64,000 bases of DNA, taken from Clostridia bacterium. GTDB taxonomy: Bacteria; Bacillota; Clostridia; RGIG6154. The notes below the pieces were generated by a model that saw nothing but the letters and a program-made list of their open reading frames with translations, did not search any database and was not told the origin of the DNA. The stretch lies in NCBI GenBank assembly GCA_045589295.1, contig JAZNOU010000007.1:1-64000 (forward strand), in the 5' to 3' direction. Position numbers and translations under genes: made by a program. This document shows, piece by piece, positions 49,154-58,050 of this stretch (position 1 is its first letter; every line of letters starts with the position of its first letter).

Positions 49154-50099
49154 AGTTCATCCCTCCGTTATTTTTCTTTAGATCTTCTAAAATTACATAA
49201 ATTTCATATGCACTTTGAGCGCAATTGATTGCATTTTTAGCCTTTGCAGCACCATGCAATCCTTTTATATACCAAGAAATATGTTTTCTTGCTTCCCTTA
49301 TACCAATATATTCACCCTTGTGCTTTACAATACTCTCCATATGCAGTATTGCTGTGTCAACAATTTCTTGTATTGCAGGAGCTTTGCCAGAAAAAATAAA
49401 TGGGTTACCTAAAGCACCTCTTGCAATCATGACACCATCACATTTAGTGTATTCAATCATTCTTTCAACATCATAAAAGTTAAAAATATCACCATTACCA
49501 ATAACTGGAATACTAACAGACTTCTTAACTTCTTTGATTATATCCCAATCAGCGCTACCTGAATAAAACTGTTGCCTTGTTCTGCCGTGAACAGCAACTG
49601 CTTTTGCACCATTTTGTTCAGCTATCTGAGCAATTTGAACGGCATTAACGTTATCCTCATCCCATCCTTTACGTATTTTAACAGTAACAGGCAAAGATAT
49701 AGCACTTGAAACCGCATGAACGATTTCTCCTACAAGTGAGGGATTTTTCATCAAGGCACTTCCATCACCGTTATTTGCTACCTTAGGCACAGGGCACCCC
49801 ATATTTATATCAATGATATGACACACATTCATATCGCAAATTTTTTTAGCTCCCAGTGCCATTATCTCTGGGTCTGAGCCAAAAATTTGAACTGCATAGG
49901 GTTTTTCCTCAACCGTAGGAAATATCAGCTGTTCAGTTTTTTTGTCATTATAGTATAGCGCTTTTGCGGATACCATTTCAGAAAATGTGAGCCCACAACC
50001 GTATGCACGACACAAATTCCTGAAGGTTGCATCGGTCACCCCTGCCATAGGTCCTAAGACCATGGCAGAAGGAATCTCTACATCACCGATTTTAAACAT
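49146..50099 (-). CDS. dusB: tRNA dihydrouridine synthase DusB
   Basis: PMAGVTD, DINMGCP, HGRT, GNGDI. Confidence 0.92.
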   Translation of the reverse strand: MFKIGDVEIPSAMVLGPMAGVTDATFRNLCRAYGCGLTFSEMVSAKALYYNDKKTEQLIFPTVEEKPYAVQIFGSDPEIMALGAKKICDMNVCHIIDINMGCPVPKVANNGDGSALMKNPSLVGEIVHAVSSAISLPVTVKIRKGWDEDNVNAVQIAQIAEQNGAKAVAVHGRTRQQFYSGSADWDIIKEVKKSVSIPVIGNGDIFNFYDVERMIEYTKCDGVMIARGALGNPFIFSGKAPAIQEIVDTAILHMESIVKHKGEYIGIREARKHISWYIKGLHGAAKAKNAINCAQSAYEIYVILEDLKKNNGGMNCE

Positions 50100-50305
50100 T
50101 ATTTACCAACAGAAGCTAAATAGTCATTGATCTTTTTAACCAATTCATCAGCATCAACACCGTGAACTGCACAAGCTTCTGCAATACTTTCACCACTTGC
50201 TGAAGGACAACCCAAGCAATGCATTCCAATTTCAAAGAAAAGAGGTGCAGTGCCCTTATCAATTTTTAATACATCCATAATAATAGTTTCTTTTGTTACT
50301 GCCAT
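50099..50305 (-). CDS. DUF1858 domain protein (CxxC...H)
   Basis: GMHCLGCPSASGESIAEACAVHG. Confidence 0.88.
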   Translation of the reverse strand: MAVTKETIIMDVLKIDKGTAPLFFEIGMHCLGCPSASGESIAEACAVHGVDADELVKKINDYLASVGK

Positions 50306-50325
50306 AATAATATTCTCCTTTACAA

Positions 50326-53300
50326 TTATTTAATAACTTCAACCGAAAGAACAACTTTTTCGCCGTTTATATTCCATTCTTTATTTATGTCAAATACACC
50401 TTCTAAGACATCTTCTGCCAATGTGTCAGACATAATTTCGGCTTTGTTTCTTTCGATAACTTCACCAATTTTACTGTTACCTGAAAAAGCAATTTTTATG
50501 TGATCTTGTACTAGGAAATCGCTATCTTTTCTCATTGTTTGAATTTTGCTTATTATTTCTCTTGTGAAACCTTCTTCAATAAGAGCGTCATTTAAATTTG
50601 TATCCAAAACAACAGTAACATCTTTTTCAGTTTGTGAAACCATCCCCTCTTTTTGAGTAGTTTCAATCAACAAATCTTCTTTTAAAAGAGAAACAGCGTT
50701 TCCATCAATTTCAAAATCAAATGTTTTGCCTGCTTCTAAATCAGCCATTGCCGAAATTGTATCGCAATCTGCAAGGAACTGACCAATTTTACCAAGAATT
50801 TTACCATACTTTGGACCTAAGGTTCTAAGCTGTGGCTTAAATTTATAACCAACAAACCCAGATACATCCTCAATAAACTCAAGGCCTTTAACATTAAGTT
50901 CTTCCAAGACAATGTCAAAATATTCTTTAGCAATTGGTTTTTCGGCTTTAGCGTATATACATGAAAGTGGCTGACGGTTTTTAACATTTGCAGTGTTTCT
51001 TGCAGCACGTCCTGCAACAACAATATTAAGAACCGTTTGCATATTGCTTTCTAACTCGCTGTCAATCCAGTTTTCATTTGCAACCGGATAATCACAAAAA
51101 TGAATACTTTCAGGAGCAGATTTATCATTAGTTCTAACTAAATTCTGATAAATTTCTTCTGTCATAAACGGAACATACGGTGCTGCAAGTTTAGATACTT
51201 CATACAAAACAGTATAAAGTGTCATGAAAGCATTAACTTTATCTTGCGGCATATCCTTTTGCCAGAAACGTTCACGGCATCTTCTTACATACCAGTTAGA
51301 AAGTTCATCAACAAAATCCTGGATTGCTCTTGCAGATTCAGTAATTCTATAATTTTCTAAATCATTATCTGTCTGCTTGATAAGTGTATTCAATCTTGAC
51401 AAGATCCACTTGTCCATTACTGAAAGTTTGTCATATTCAAGCTTGTACTGTGTAGGATCAAAATTGTCAATATCTGCATAAAGAATATAGAATGCATACG
51501 TATTCCAGAGTGTTCCCATAAATTTACGCTGACACTCATTAACAGCTTCACCGTAAAATCTGTTAGGAAGCCATGGTGAGCTTGATGTGTAGAAGTACCA
51601 TCTTACAGCATCTGCACCCTGGTTGTTAAGAACATCCCATGGGTCTACAACGTTGCCTTTATGCTTACTCATCTTCTGACCGTCTTTATCCTGAACGTGA
51701 CCTAAAACGATAACATTCTTATATGGTGCTTTATCAAAAATAAGAGTTGATATAGCCATTAATGTATAGAACCAACCACGTGTCTGGTCGATAGCTTCAC
51801 TGATAAAGTCAGCCGGGAAGTTTTCATCAAAAATTTCCTTGTTTTCAAATGGATAGTGCCACTGTGCAAAAGGCATTGAACCTGAATCAAACCAGCAGTC
51901 AATAACTTCAGGAACACGATGCATCTTGCCACCGCATTCAGGACATTTGATCTCAACAGCATCAATATACGGTCTGTGAAGTTCAATATCATCAGGACAG
52001 TTGTCGCTCATTGATTTTAATTCTTCAATGCTTCCGATCATATGACGATGTCCGCAAGAACATTCCCAGATTGGAAGTGGAGTTCCCCAGTATCTTTCAC
52101 GTGAAAGACCCCAGTCAATAACGCCATCAAGGAAGTTACCAAATCTACCATCTTTGATATTTTCAGGCATCCAGTTAACAGTAGCATTATTTTTAAGAAG
52201 CTGCTCTCGAACCTTTGTCATTGCAATAAACCATGTTGCTCTTGCATAATAGATAAGCGGAGTATCACATCTCCAACAGAATGGATATGAATGAGTAAAT
52301 TTCTGAGGTTTGAATAAAAGTCCCTTTGCTTTTAAATCTTCTAAAACCATTGGGTCAGCATCTTTCATAAAGACACCTTCATATTTGTCGGTACCTTCAA
52401 CAAACTTACCCTCTGTGTTAATCATCTGAACAAATGGCAAATCATTGTCACGACCAACTCTTGCATCGTCTTCACCGAATGCAGGAGCAATATGAACAAT
52501 ACCTGTACCATCAGTTGTTGTAACATAACTGTCTGCAATAACAAACCAGCATTTCTTCTCAGGCTTAGCATAATCAAAGAGTGGTTCGTATTCGATACCT
52601 TTAAGATTTTCACCTTTGTATTCTTCGATTACTTCGTATTCCTCACCGAATACACTATTTGCCAATTCTTTAGCAACAATATAAATTTTATCTTCAAATT
52701 TTGCTTTGATGTAATCAACTTCGCCATTAACTGCCAAAGCTACGTTAGAAGGAAGTGTCCATGGTGTGGTTGTCCACGCCATAATGTATTCGTCCTTACC
52801 TTTGATTTTGAAGTTAACATAAGCTGAAGTATCTTCAACATCTTTATAACCCTGAGCTACTTCGTGGCTAGAGAGTGCAGTTCCGCATCTTGGGCAATAT
52901 GGTACAACCTTGTGCCCTTTATAGATAAGTCCCTTGTCCCAAATCTGTTTTAACGCCCACCAAACTGATTCTATAAATTCGTTATGGTAAGTGACGTAAG
53001 GGTTTTCCATATCAGCCCAGAAACCAACACGATCGCTCATTTCTTTCCAGAGGCCTTCATATTTCCATACGCTTTTTTTACATTCTTCGATAAAAGGCTG
53101 AACACCATACTTTTCAATTTCAGGTTTACCATCAATACCAAGAATTTTTTCAACCTCAAGTTCAACAGGAAGTCCATGTGTATCCCAACCGGCCTTACGC
53201 AAAACTTTATACCCTTTCATAGTTTTATACCTAGGTATAATGTCTTTCATAACACGAGTTAATATGTGACCAATATGTGGTTTACCATTTGCAGTAGGCG

Positions 53301-53433
53301 GACCGTCAAAAAAAGTAAATACTGGTGCATCCTTCTTAATGCTTCGTTCAAAAACGTTATTCTTATTCCAGAATTCTATGGTTTCAAGCTCCCTTTGCTT
53401 AAAATCCAAATCTGTGGAAACTTTTTTATACAC
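50326..53433 (-). CDS. ileS: Isoleucine--tRNA ligase, type 2
   Basis: DGPPTANGKPHIGH, GWDTHGLP, KMSKH; 1035 aa with type-2 C-terminus. Confidence 0.95.
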   Translation of the reverse strand: MYKKVSTDLDFKQRELETIEFWNKNNVFERSIKKDAPVFTFFDGPPTANGKPHIGHILTRVMKDIIPRYKTMKGYKVLRKAGWDTHGLPVELEVEKILGIDGKPEIEKYGVQPFIEECKKSVWKYEGLWKEMSDRVGFWADMENPYVTYHNEFIESVWWALKQIWDKGLIYKGHKVVPYCPRCGTALSSHEVAQGYKDVEDTSAYVNFKIKGKDEYIMAWTTTPWTLPSNVALAVNGEVDYIKAKFEDKIYIVAKELANSVFGEEYEVIEEYKGENLKGIEYEPLFDYAKPEKKCWFVIADSYVTTTDGTGIVHIAPAFGEDDARVGRDNDLPFVQMINTEGKFVEGTDKYEGVFMKDADPMVLEDLKAKGLLFKPQKFTHSYPFCWRCDTPLIYYARATWFIAMTKVREQLLKNNATVNWMPENIKDGRFGNFLDGVIDWGLSRERYWGTPLPIWECSCGHRHMIGSIEELKSMSDNCPDDIELHRPYIDAVEIKCPECGGKMHRVPEVIDCWFDSGSMPFAQWHYPFENKEIFDENFPADFISEAIDQTRGWFYTLMAISTLIFDKAPYKNVIVLGHVQDKDGQKMSKHKGNVVDPWDVLNNQGADAVRWYFYTSSSPWLPNRFYGEAVNECQRKFMGTLWNTYAFYILYADIDNFDPTQYKLEYDKLSVMDKWILSRLNTLIKQTDNDLENYRITESARAIQDFVDELSNWYVRRCRERFWQKDMPQDKVNAFMTLYTVLYEVSKLAAPYVPFMTEEIYQNLVRTNDKSAPESIHFCDYPVANENWIDSELESNMQTVLNIVVAGRAARNTANVKNRQPLSCIYAKAEKPIAKEYFDIVLEELNVKGLEFIEDVSGFVGYKFKPQLRTLGPKYGKILGKIGQFLADCDTISAMADLEAGKTFDFEIDGNAVSLLKEDLLIETTQKEGMVSQTEKDVTVVLDTNLNDALIEEGFTREIISKIQTMRKDSDFLVQDHIKIAFSGNSKIGEVIERNKAEIMSDTLAEDVLEGVFDINKEWNINGEKVVLSVEVIK

Positions 53434-53488
53434 TTAAATTACCTCCTGTGAAGCAAAACATTTTTTTTGCAAAATTGCTCTTCATATT

Positions 53489-53517
53489 ATTTTACTCTAA
53501 AATAAACAATTTGTAAA
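53489..53517 (-). promoter_or_regulatory. SigmaA promoter of ileS
   Basis: TTTACA-17 bp-TAAAAT. Confidence 0.6.
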
Positions 53518-53520
53518 GAG

Positions 53521-54186
53521 TTAAACATCAATTTTCATCATATTTTCTTTTAATAAACTATCTCGATTTATATCCCAATGTAAAAGTTTAAACTCAGGAA
53601 TATATTTAACAAATGCATCTAAAACACTACTTGCTTTAAGGTTAGCCATTTCACCTGTTGATAAAACCATATTTAGTACAATTTCTGTCCCGTTACATTC
53701 TTCAATTTTAATCTCTCGTATTAAAGGTTTTATATCAACATCAGAAATTCCTTTTTTACTTTTTTTAGCTATTACAATGGTATCTCTTGATAAAAATTTA
53801 TCAATTAACCTCTGTAGATTGTCAACATTTTCTATCAATGCAATTCTCACTGTGTATTTTGAAAAACAAAGTAAATTCATCGCTTCTTTTGGTTCCCACG
53901 CACGCATAATTCTTATATCTCTTGGCATTGCTGAATTTATCTGTGGGACAAGCGTCTCAAAGTTAGGTGCAGAATTAAGCTGAATATCCAGATATTCTTC
54001 ATCTGATGTAGTTCCGACCGGTAATGGATAAGCTATTGACATCTTTGGATGTGGATTAAACCCTTGTGAAAAAGCAATATCCACGCCTGCTATTTTGAAT
54101 ATTCTTTGGAACATTCTCATAAGATCAAGATGTGAAACAAATTTAGCATAGCCTTTTTTATAGAAAGAAAGCCTTACTTTATACAC
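53521..54186 (-). CDS. TIGR03936/DUF2344 radical SAM-linked protein
   Basis: KFVSHLDLMR, FSQGFNPHP, PLPVG..SDEEY. Confidence 0.9.
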   Translation of the reverse strand: MYKVRLSFYKKGYAKFVSHLDLMRMFQRIFKIAGVDIAFSQGFNPHPKMSIAYPLPVGTTSDEEYLDIQLNSAPNFETLVPQINSAMPRDIRIMRAWEPKEAMNLLCFSKYTVRIALIENVDNLQRLIDKFLSRDTIVIAKKSKKGISDVDIKPLIREIKIEECNGTEIVLNMVLSTGEMANLKASSVLDAFVKYIPEFKLLHWDINRDSLLKENMMKIDV

Positions 54187-56011
54187 ACTTCACACCTCCC
54201 AAACCATTAATACCGCAACCTGTACAACCCTGTCTGCAATCATTAGTTGTCTTACCTTCTTTTGCATTTTGCAGTTCTTTTTTTAAGTACTCTAAACTAA
54301 TACCTACGTCAATGTGCGACCAAGGTAAAATTTCATTTAAATCACGTTTGCGAACTGCATAAAAATCAGGATTTATTTCACATTCTTCAAAAATCTTTAA
54401 CCACTTTTCAAAATTAAAACATTCATCCCAACTGTCAAACTTGCATCCGTTTTCAAAAGCTTTGAGCATAACTTTTGAAAGTCTTCTGTCGCCACGTGCA
54501 AACACTGCTTCAAGATAACTCAACTTACTGTCGTGCCAGTTGTACGTTACATGTTTGCTTACTGCTTGTTTTAGGGTGTTTTGTTTATCTACAACACTTT
54601 CAATTTTTTCCTGTCCTTCCCACTGAAAAGGTGTAAAAGGTTTTGGAACAAACACCGACGTACTTACAGTTACCTTTACCTGACGTCTTTTTTTATCGGG
54701 CGAAACGTTAAAATATACATCAACAACCTTTTGAGCTAAATCAGCTATTCCTAAAATATCTTCTTTTGTTTCAAAAGGCAGTCCCATCATAAAGTAAAGT
54801 TTTATATTGCTCCAACCATTCGAAAAAGCAAGTGCCGAAGTGTTGAGCAAATCTTGTTCTGTTACATTTTTATTTATAACATCCCTCAATCTCTGAGTTC
54901 CGGCCTCGGGTGCAAAAGTTAATCCACTTTTTCTGACCTTTTGTATCCTGTTCATAAGATCTACAGAAAAGTTATCAACTCTCAACGAAGGAAGTGCTAA
55001 ATTAACCTTCTTGCTCTCTGTAATATCCAGAAGCTTGTCCGCTAATTCATTAAAGCAAGAGTAATCGCTTGAACTAAGTGATGTTAAAGACAATTCATCG
55101 TAACCTGTATTTTTAACAAGTTCAGCAGCTTGTTCAAAAAGCTTGTTGGGTGACTTTTCACGAACCGGTCTGTAAATAAACCCTGCCTGACAAAATCTAC
55201 AACCTCTAGTACACCCTCTAAAAATCTCGAGCATTGCTCTGTTGTGAACAATCTCCGTAAATGGCACAATAGGATTAGTGGGATAATAAACATCATCCAT
55301 ATTCTTAATAATTCTCTTTTTAGGACGTTTAGCCGCATTTAGATTATTAGTTTTTATTTCTTTTACTGTGCCATCGCTATTATACTCTACATCATAAAAC
55401 CCTGGCACATATATTCCCTCAATACGCGCAATTGTTTCTAAAAATGTTTTTCTTGGTTTACCAGAATCTTTCCATTTAACATAAGCATCAGCAACCTCAA
55501 GAAACAACTCTTCGCCCTCACCAAGCATTACAAAATCTGCAAAATCAGCAATTGGTTCACAATTGTATGCACACGGTCCCCCAAAGCACACAAATGTATT
55601 ACCTTCACGTTTTGAAGACAATTTTTCAACATTACCTAAATCAAGCATATTTAAAATATTAGTATATGACATTTCATATTGAAGTGTAAACCCAATAATG
55701 TCAAACTCATTTAATGCCTTTTTATTTTCAAGAGAATACAAAGGTATATTGTTTTCGCGCATTTTTTGTTCCATATCAATCCAAGGAGCAAAAAATCTCT
55801 CACAAAGATAATCCGGATTTTCATTTAAAACGCCATAAAGTATTTTCATACCAAGGTGCGACATTCCAATTTCATATGTGTCCGGGAAACAAAAGGCAAT
55901 TTTACACTTTGATTTTTCAAAGTCTTTAACAATACTTCCTGTTTCACCACCGATATAACGTGCTGGCTTTTGTACCTCCAACAGTAATTTTTCAAATAAT
56001 TTATCTTTCAT
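54179..56011 (-). CDS. TIGR03960-family radical SAM protein (B12-binding-like N-terminus)
   Basis: KPARYIGGE, FPDTYEIGMSHLG, RGCTRGCRFC, FAPEAG, C-terminal CRQGCTGCG. Confidence 0.9.
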   Translation of the reverse strand: MKDKLFEKLLLEVQKPARYIGGETGSIVKDFEKSKCKIAFCFPDTYEIGMSHLGMKILYGVLNENPDYLCERFFAPWIDMEQKMRENNIPLYSLENKKALNEFDIIGFTLQYEMSYTNILNMLDLGNVEKLSSKREGNTFVCFGGPCAYNCEPIADFADFVMLGEGEELFLEVADAYVKWKDSGKPRKTFLETIARIEGIYVPGFYDVEYNSDGTVKEIKTNNLNAAKRPKKRIIKNMDDVYYPTNPIVPFTEIVHNRAMLEIFRGCTRGCRFCQAGFIYRPVREKSPNKLFEQAAELVKNTGYDELSLTSLSSSDYSCFNELADKLLDITESKKVNLALPSLRVDNFSVDLMNRIQKVRKSGLTFAPEAGTQRLRDVINKNVTEQDLLNTSALAFSNGWSNIKLYFMMGLPFETKEDILGIADLAQKVVDVYFNVSPDKKRRQVKVTVSTSVFVPKPFTPFQWEGQEKIESVVDKQNTLKQAVSKHVTYNWHDSKLSYLEAVFARGDRRLSKVMLKAFENGCKFDSWDECFNFEKWLKIFEECEINPDFYAVRKRDLNEILPWSHIDVGISLEYLKKELQNAKEGKTTNDCRQGCTGCGINGLGGVKCV

Positions 56012-56045
56012 TTTTTCCTCCGCAACTTAAATTAAAACATTATAA

Positions 56046-56864
56046 TTAGCCTGAATTAACAATGCTTGAAATTTCTTTTTTTCCTTTTCCTTCACTTATC
56101 AGCCTTAAAATATATTTGTTTGAAACAGTTCCGATAATTTTACCATCGCAATCCAATACAAAAGCAATGTTAACATCATCATACGACATAAGTTTTAAAG
56201 CATCTTTAACCAAAGTCTTTTCACCAATATAATAGACCTTGGCCCTGCCATTTTTTATTTCGGATAAGAAAATATCAGCAACACCATTTGATCTATTATT
56301 ATATGGTCGTACACTATCAAGCAGGAACAGTGAAATAAGCAAAAGTGATAAATTTTGTTTTGTTTTAACCAAAAAAATTATTCCTGCTATAAGCATTACC
56401 AAAACAGAAATAAGAGAAATGCATTTAAAAACTCTTTCATTCTTCTTGCTGTTTGTTTCCGACTCAAATAACGACTTTAAAATCCTACCACCATCAAGTG
56501 GTAAAACCGGCATCAAATTTATTATTAACATATAAAAATTTGAAACAAAAAACAATTCAGAACAGTAGTGACCATATTTAACAATAATCACGCCAGCCAC
56601 AAGTAGGATGATATTAACTATTGGCCCTGAAATACCTATAATAATTTCATGATAACCTTTAATTTTTTGGCCGGAAAGGTCAAGGCTCACACCAAACGGC
56701 TGAATTTTTATTCCATGCACACTATAGCCTAAAATTTTTGCTGCAAGCAGATGCCCCGCTTCGTGCAGCAGGGCAATTAAAAACACCGATATGTATTTGA
56801 AAAAACCATCTGTCGCAATTAGAAAAACTAAAAAAACAACGCACCACGGACTAATACTAATAAT
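56046..56864 (-). CDS. spoIVFB: SpoIVFB-like M50 intramembrane protease; probable ATT start
   Basis: HEAGH, GPIVN, NLMPVLPLDGG, CBS-like tail; frame open 26 codons upstream of the GTG at 56786, with GGTGA RBS. Confidence 0.75.
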   Translation of the reverse strand: MISISPWCVVFLVFLIATDGFFKYISVFLIALLHEAGHLLAAKILGYSVHGIKIQPFGVSLDLSGQKIKGYHEIIIGISGPIVNIILLVAGVIIVKYGHYCSELFFVSNFYMLIINLMPVLPLDGGRILKSLFESETNSKKNERVFKCISLISVLVMLIAGIIFLVKTKQNLSLLLISLFLLDSVRPYNNRSNGVADIFLSEIKNGRAKVYYIGEKTLVKDALKLMSYDDVNIAFVLDCDGKIIGTVSNKYILRLISEGKGKKEISSIVNSG

Positions 56865-56885
56865 TTAAAATCACCAACTTAAATG

Positions 56886-57188
56886 TTAGTTTTCTTCAAC
56901 TGAATTTTCACTAGTATTTCCACTTGCAGGCAAAGTCTGAACCTGATTTAAAATATCAAAAATATAATTTCTTGCAACCGTTGACACCTTTTTAAAATCA
57001 ACATTGGTTGTAAGGTAATATTTCACAGTGTTGTTTATATCTGCACTTATTTTAAAAGGCAATTTTGAATTAATTAATACCAAAGCAAAAACACTTACCG
57101 CTGTGATTGTTTGAAAAAAAAACTTTTTAGCAAATTTTGTATCAGAATCATTTGAAGTTTTACGTCTACTGCTTGAGGTTTTATTCAA
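56886..57188 (-). CDS. Hypothetical single-TM protein in the spoIVFA position
   Basis: TTG start after GGGGTGA; FFFQTITAVSVFALV TM; lies between minD and spoIVFB. Confidence 0.6.
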   Translation of the reverse strand: MNKTSSSRRKTSNDSDTKFAKKFFFQTITAVSVFALVLINSKLPFKISADINNTVKYYLTTNVDFKKVSTVARNYIFDILNQVQTLPASGNTSENSVEEN

Positions 57189-57251
57189 AGTTATCACCCC
57201 TTTTAATCAATATGTTCTAAAACAAATATATTAAAAAGAGTTAGTTAATAT

Positions 57252-58040
57252 TCACTGTTTCTTACCAAAAATTCTTGAAAAGAAAGAGATTTTTTTCAAA
57301 TTTTGAATTGGAATATTATGACCAGTAATTCTTTTTGCAATGCTCAAAAACTCAACGCCAGTTCTACTCTTTACATCAAGTACAATTGGCGAACCACAAA
57401 TGGCCGCTTCAATAACACCCTCATCTTCAAACAAAACACCAGAAAGTCGCACACCAAGTGCTTCAATAACATCATTAATATTAAGCATAATGCCCTTACC
57501 TATCATTTCAGGACGTACTCTGTTGATAATAAGTCTCATATCCTTTACTCCCGCAATTTCCAAAAGACCTGCCACTCTATCTGCATCGCGTAGAGAATAG
57601 GGTTCAGGATTGACTACAATCAAAGCAATATCCGAAACCTTCGCTGCTGTTTCAAATCCTTCACCAATACCCGCAGGAGCATCAATAATTATATATTCAT
57701 ATATCTTCTTTAATTCATTGATAATTTTTTTAAAATCTTCAAAATTGATATTGTTTTCGGTCTTAAACTGTGAAGTTGGCAAAAAGCCAAGCTGATTATA
57801 ACGTTCATCTTTAATAATTGCCTCACGCAACCGACATTCGCCCATCGCAAGATCAACCATATCATAAATCACGTTATTTTCCAGCCCTAACGCTAAATCA
57901 AGATTTCTAAGCCCAATATCTGTATCTACAATAACCGTCTTATGTCCTAAAATCGAAAGGCCAACACCAACATTGGCGGTAACTGTTGTTTTTCCAACGC
58001 CGCCTTTCCCTGAAATTACTGAAATAACCTTGCTCATCAA
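57252..58040 (-). CDS. minD: Septum site-determining ATPase MinD
   Basis: SGKGGVGKTT, DIGLRNLD, DAPAGIG, C-terminal amphipathic FFSRIFG. Confidence 0.93.
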   Translation of the reverse strand: MMSKVISVISGKGGVGKTTVTANVGVGLSILGHKTVIVDTDIGLRNLDLALGLENNVIYDMVDLAMGECRLREAIIKDERYNQLGFLPTSQFKTENNINFEDFKKIINELKKIYEYIIIDAPAGIGEGFETAAKVSDIALIVVNPEPYSLRDADRVAGLLEIAGVKDMRLIINRVRPEMIGKGIMLNINDVIEALGVRLSGVLFEDEGVIEAAICGSPIVLDVKSRTGVEFLSIAKRITGHNIPIQNLKKISFFSRIFGKKQ

Positions 58041-58050
58041 ATCACATCCT

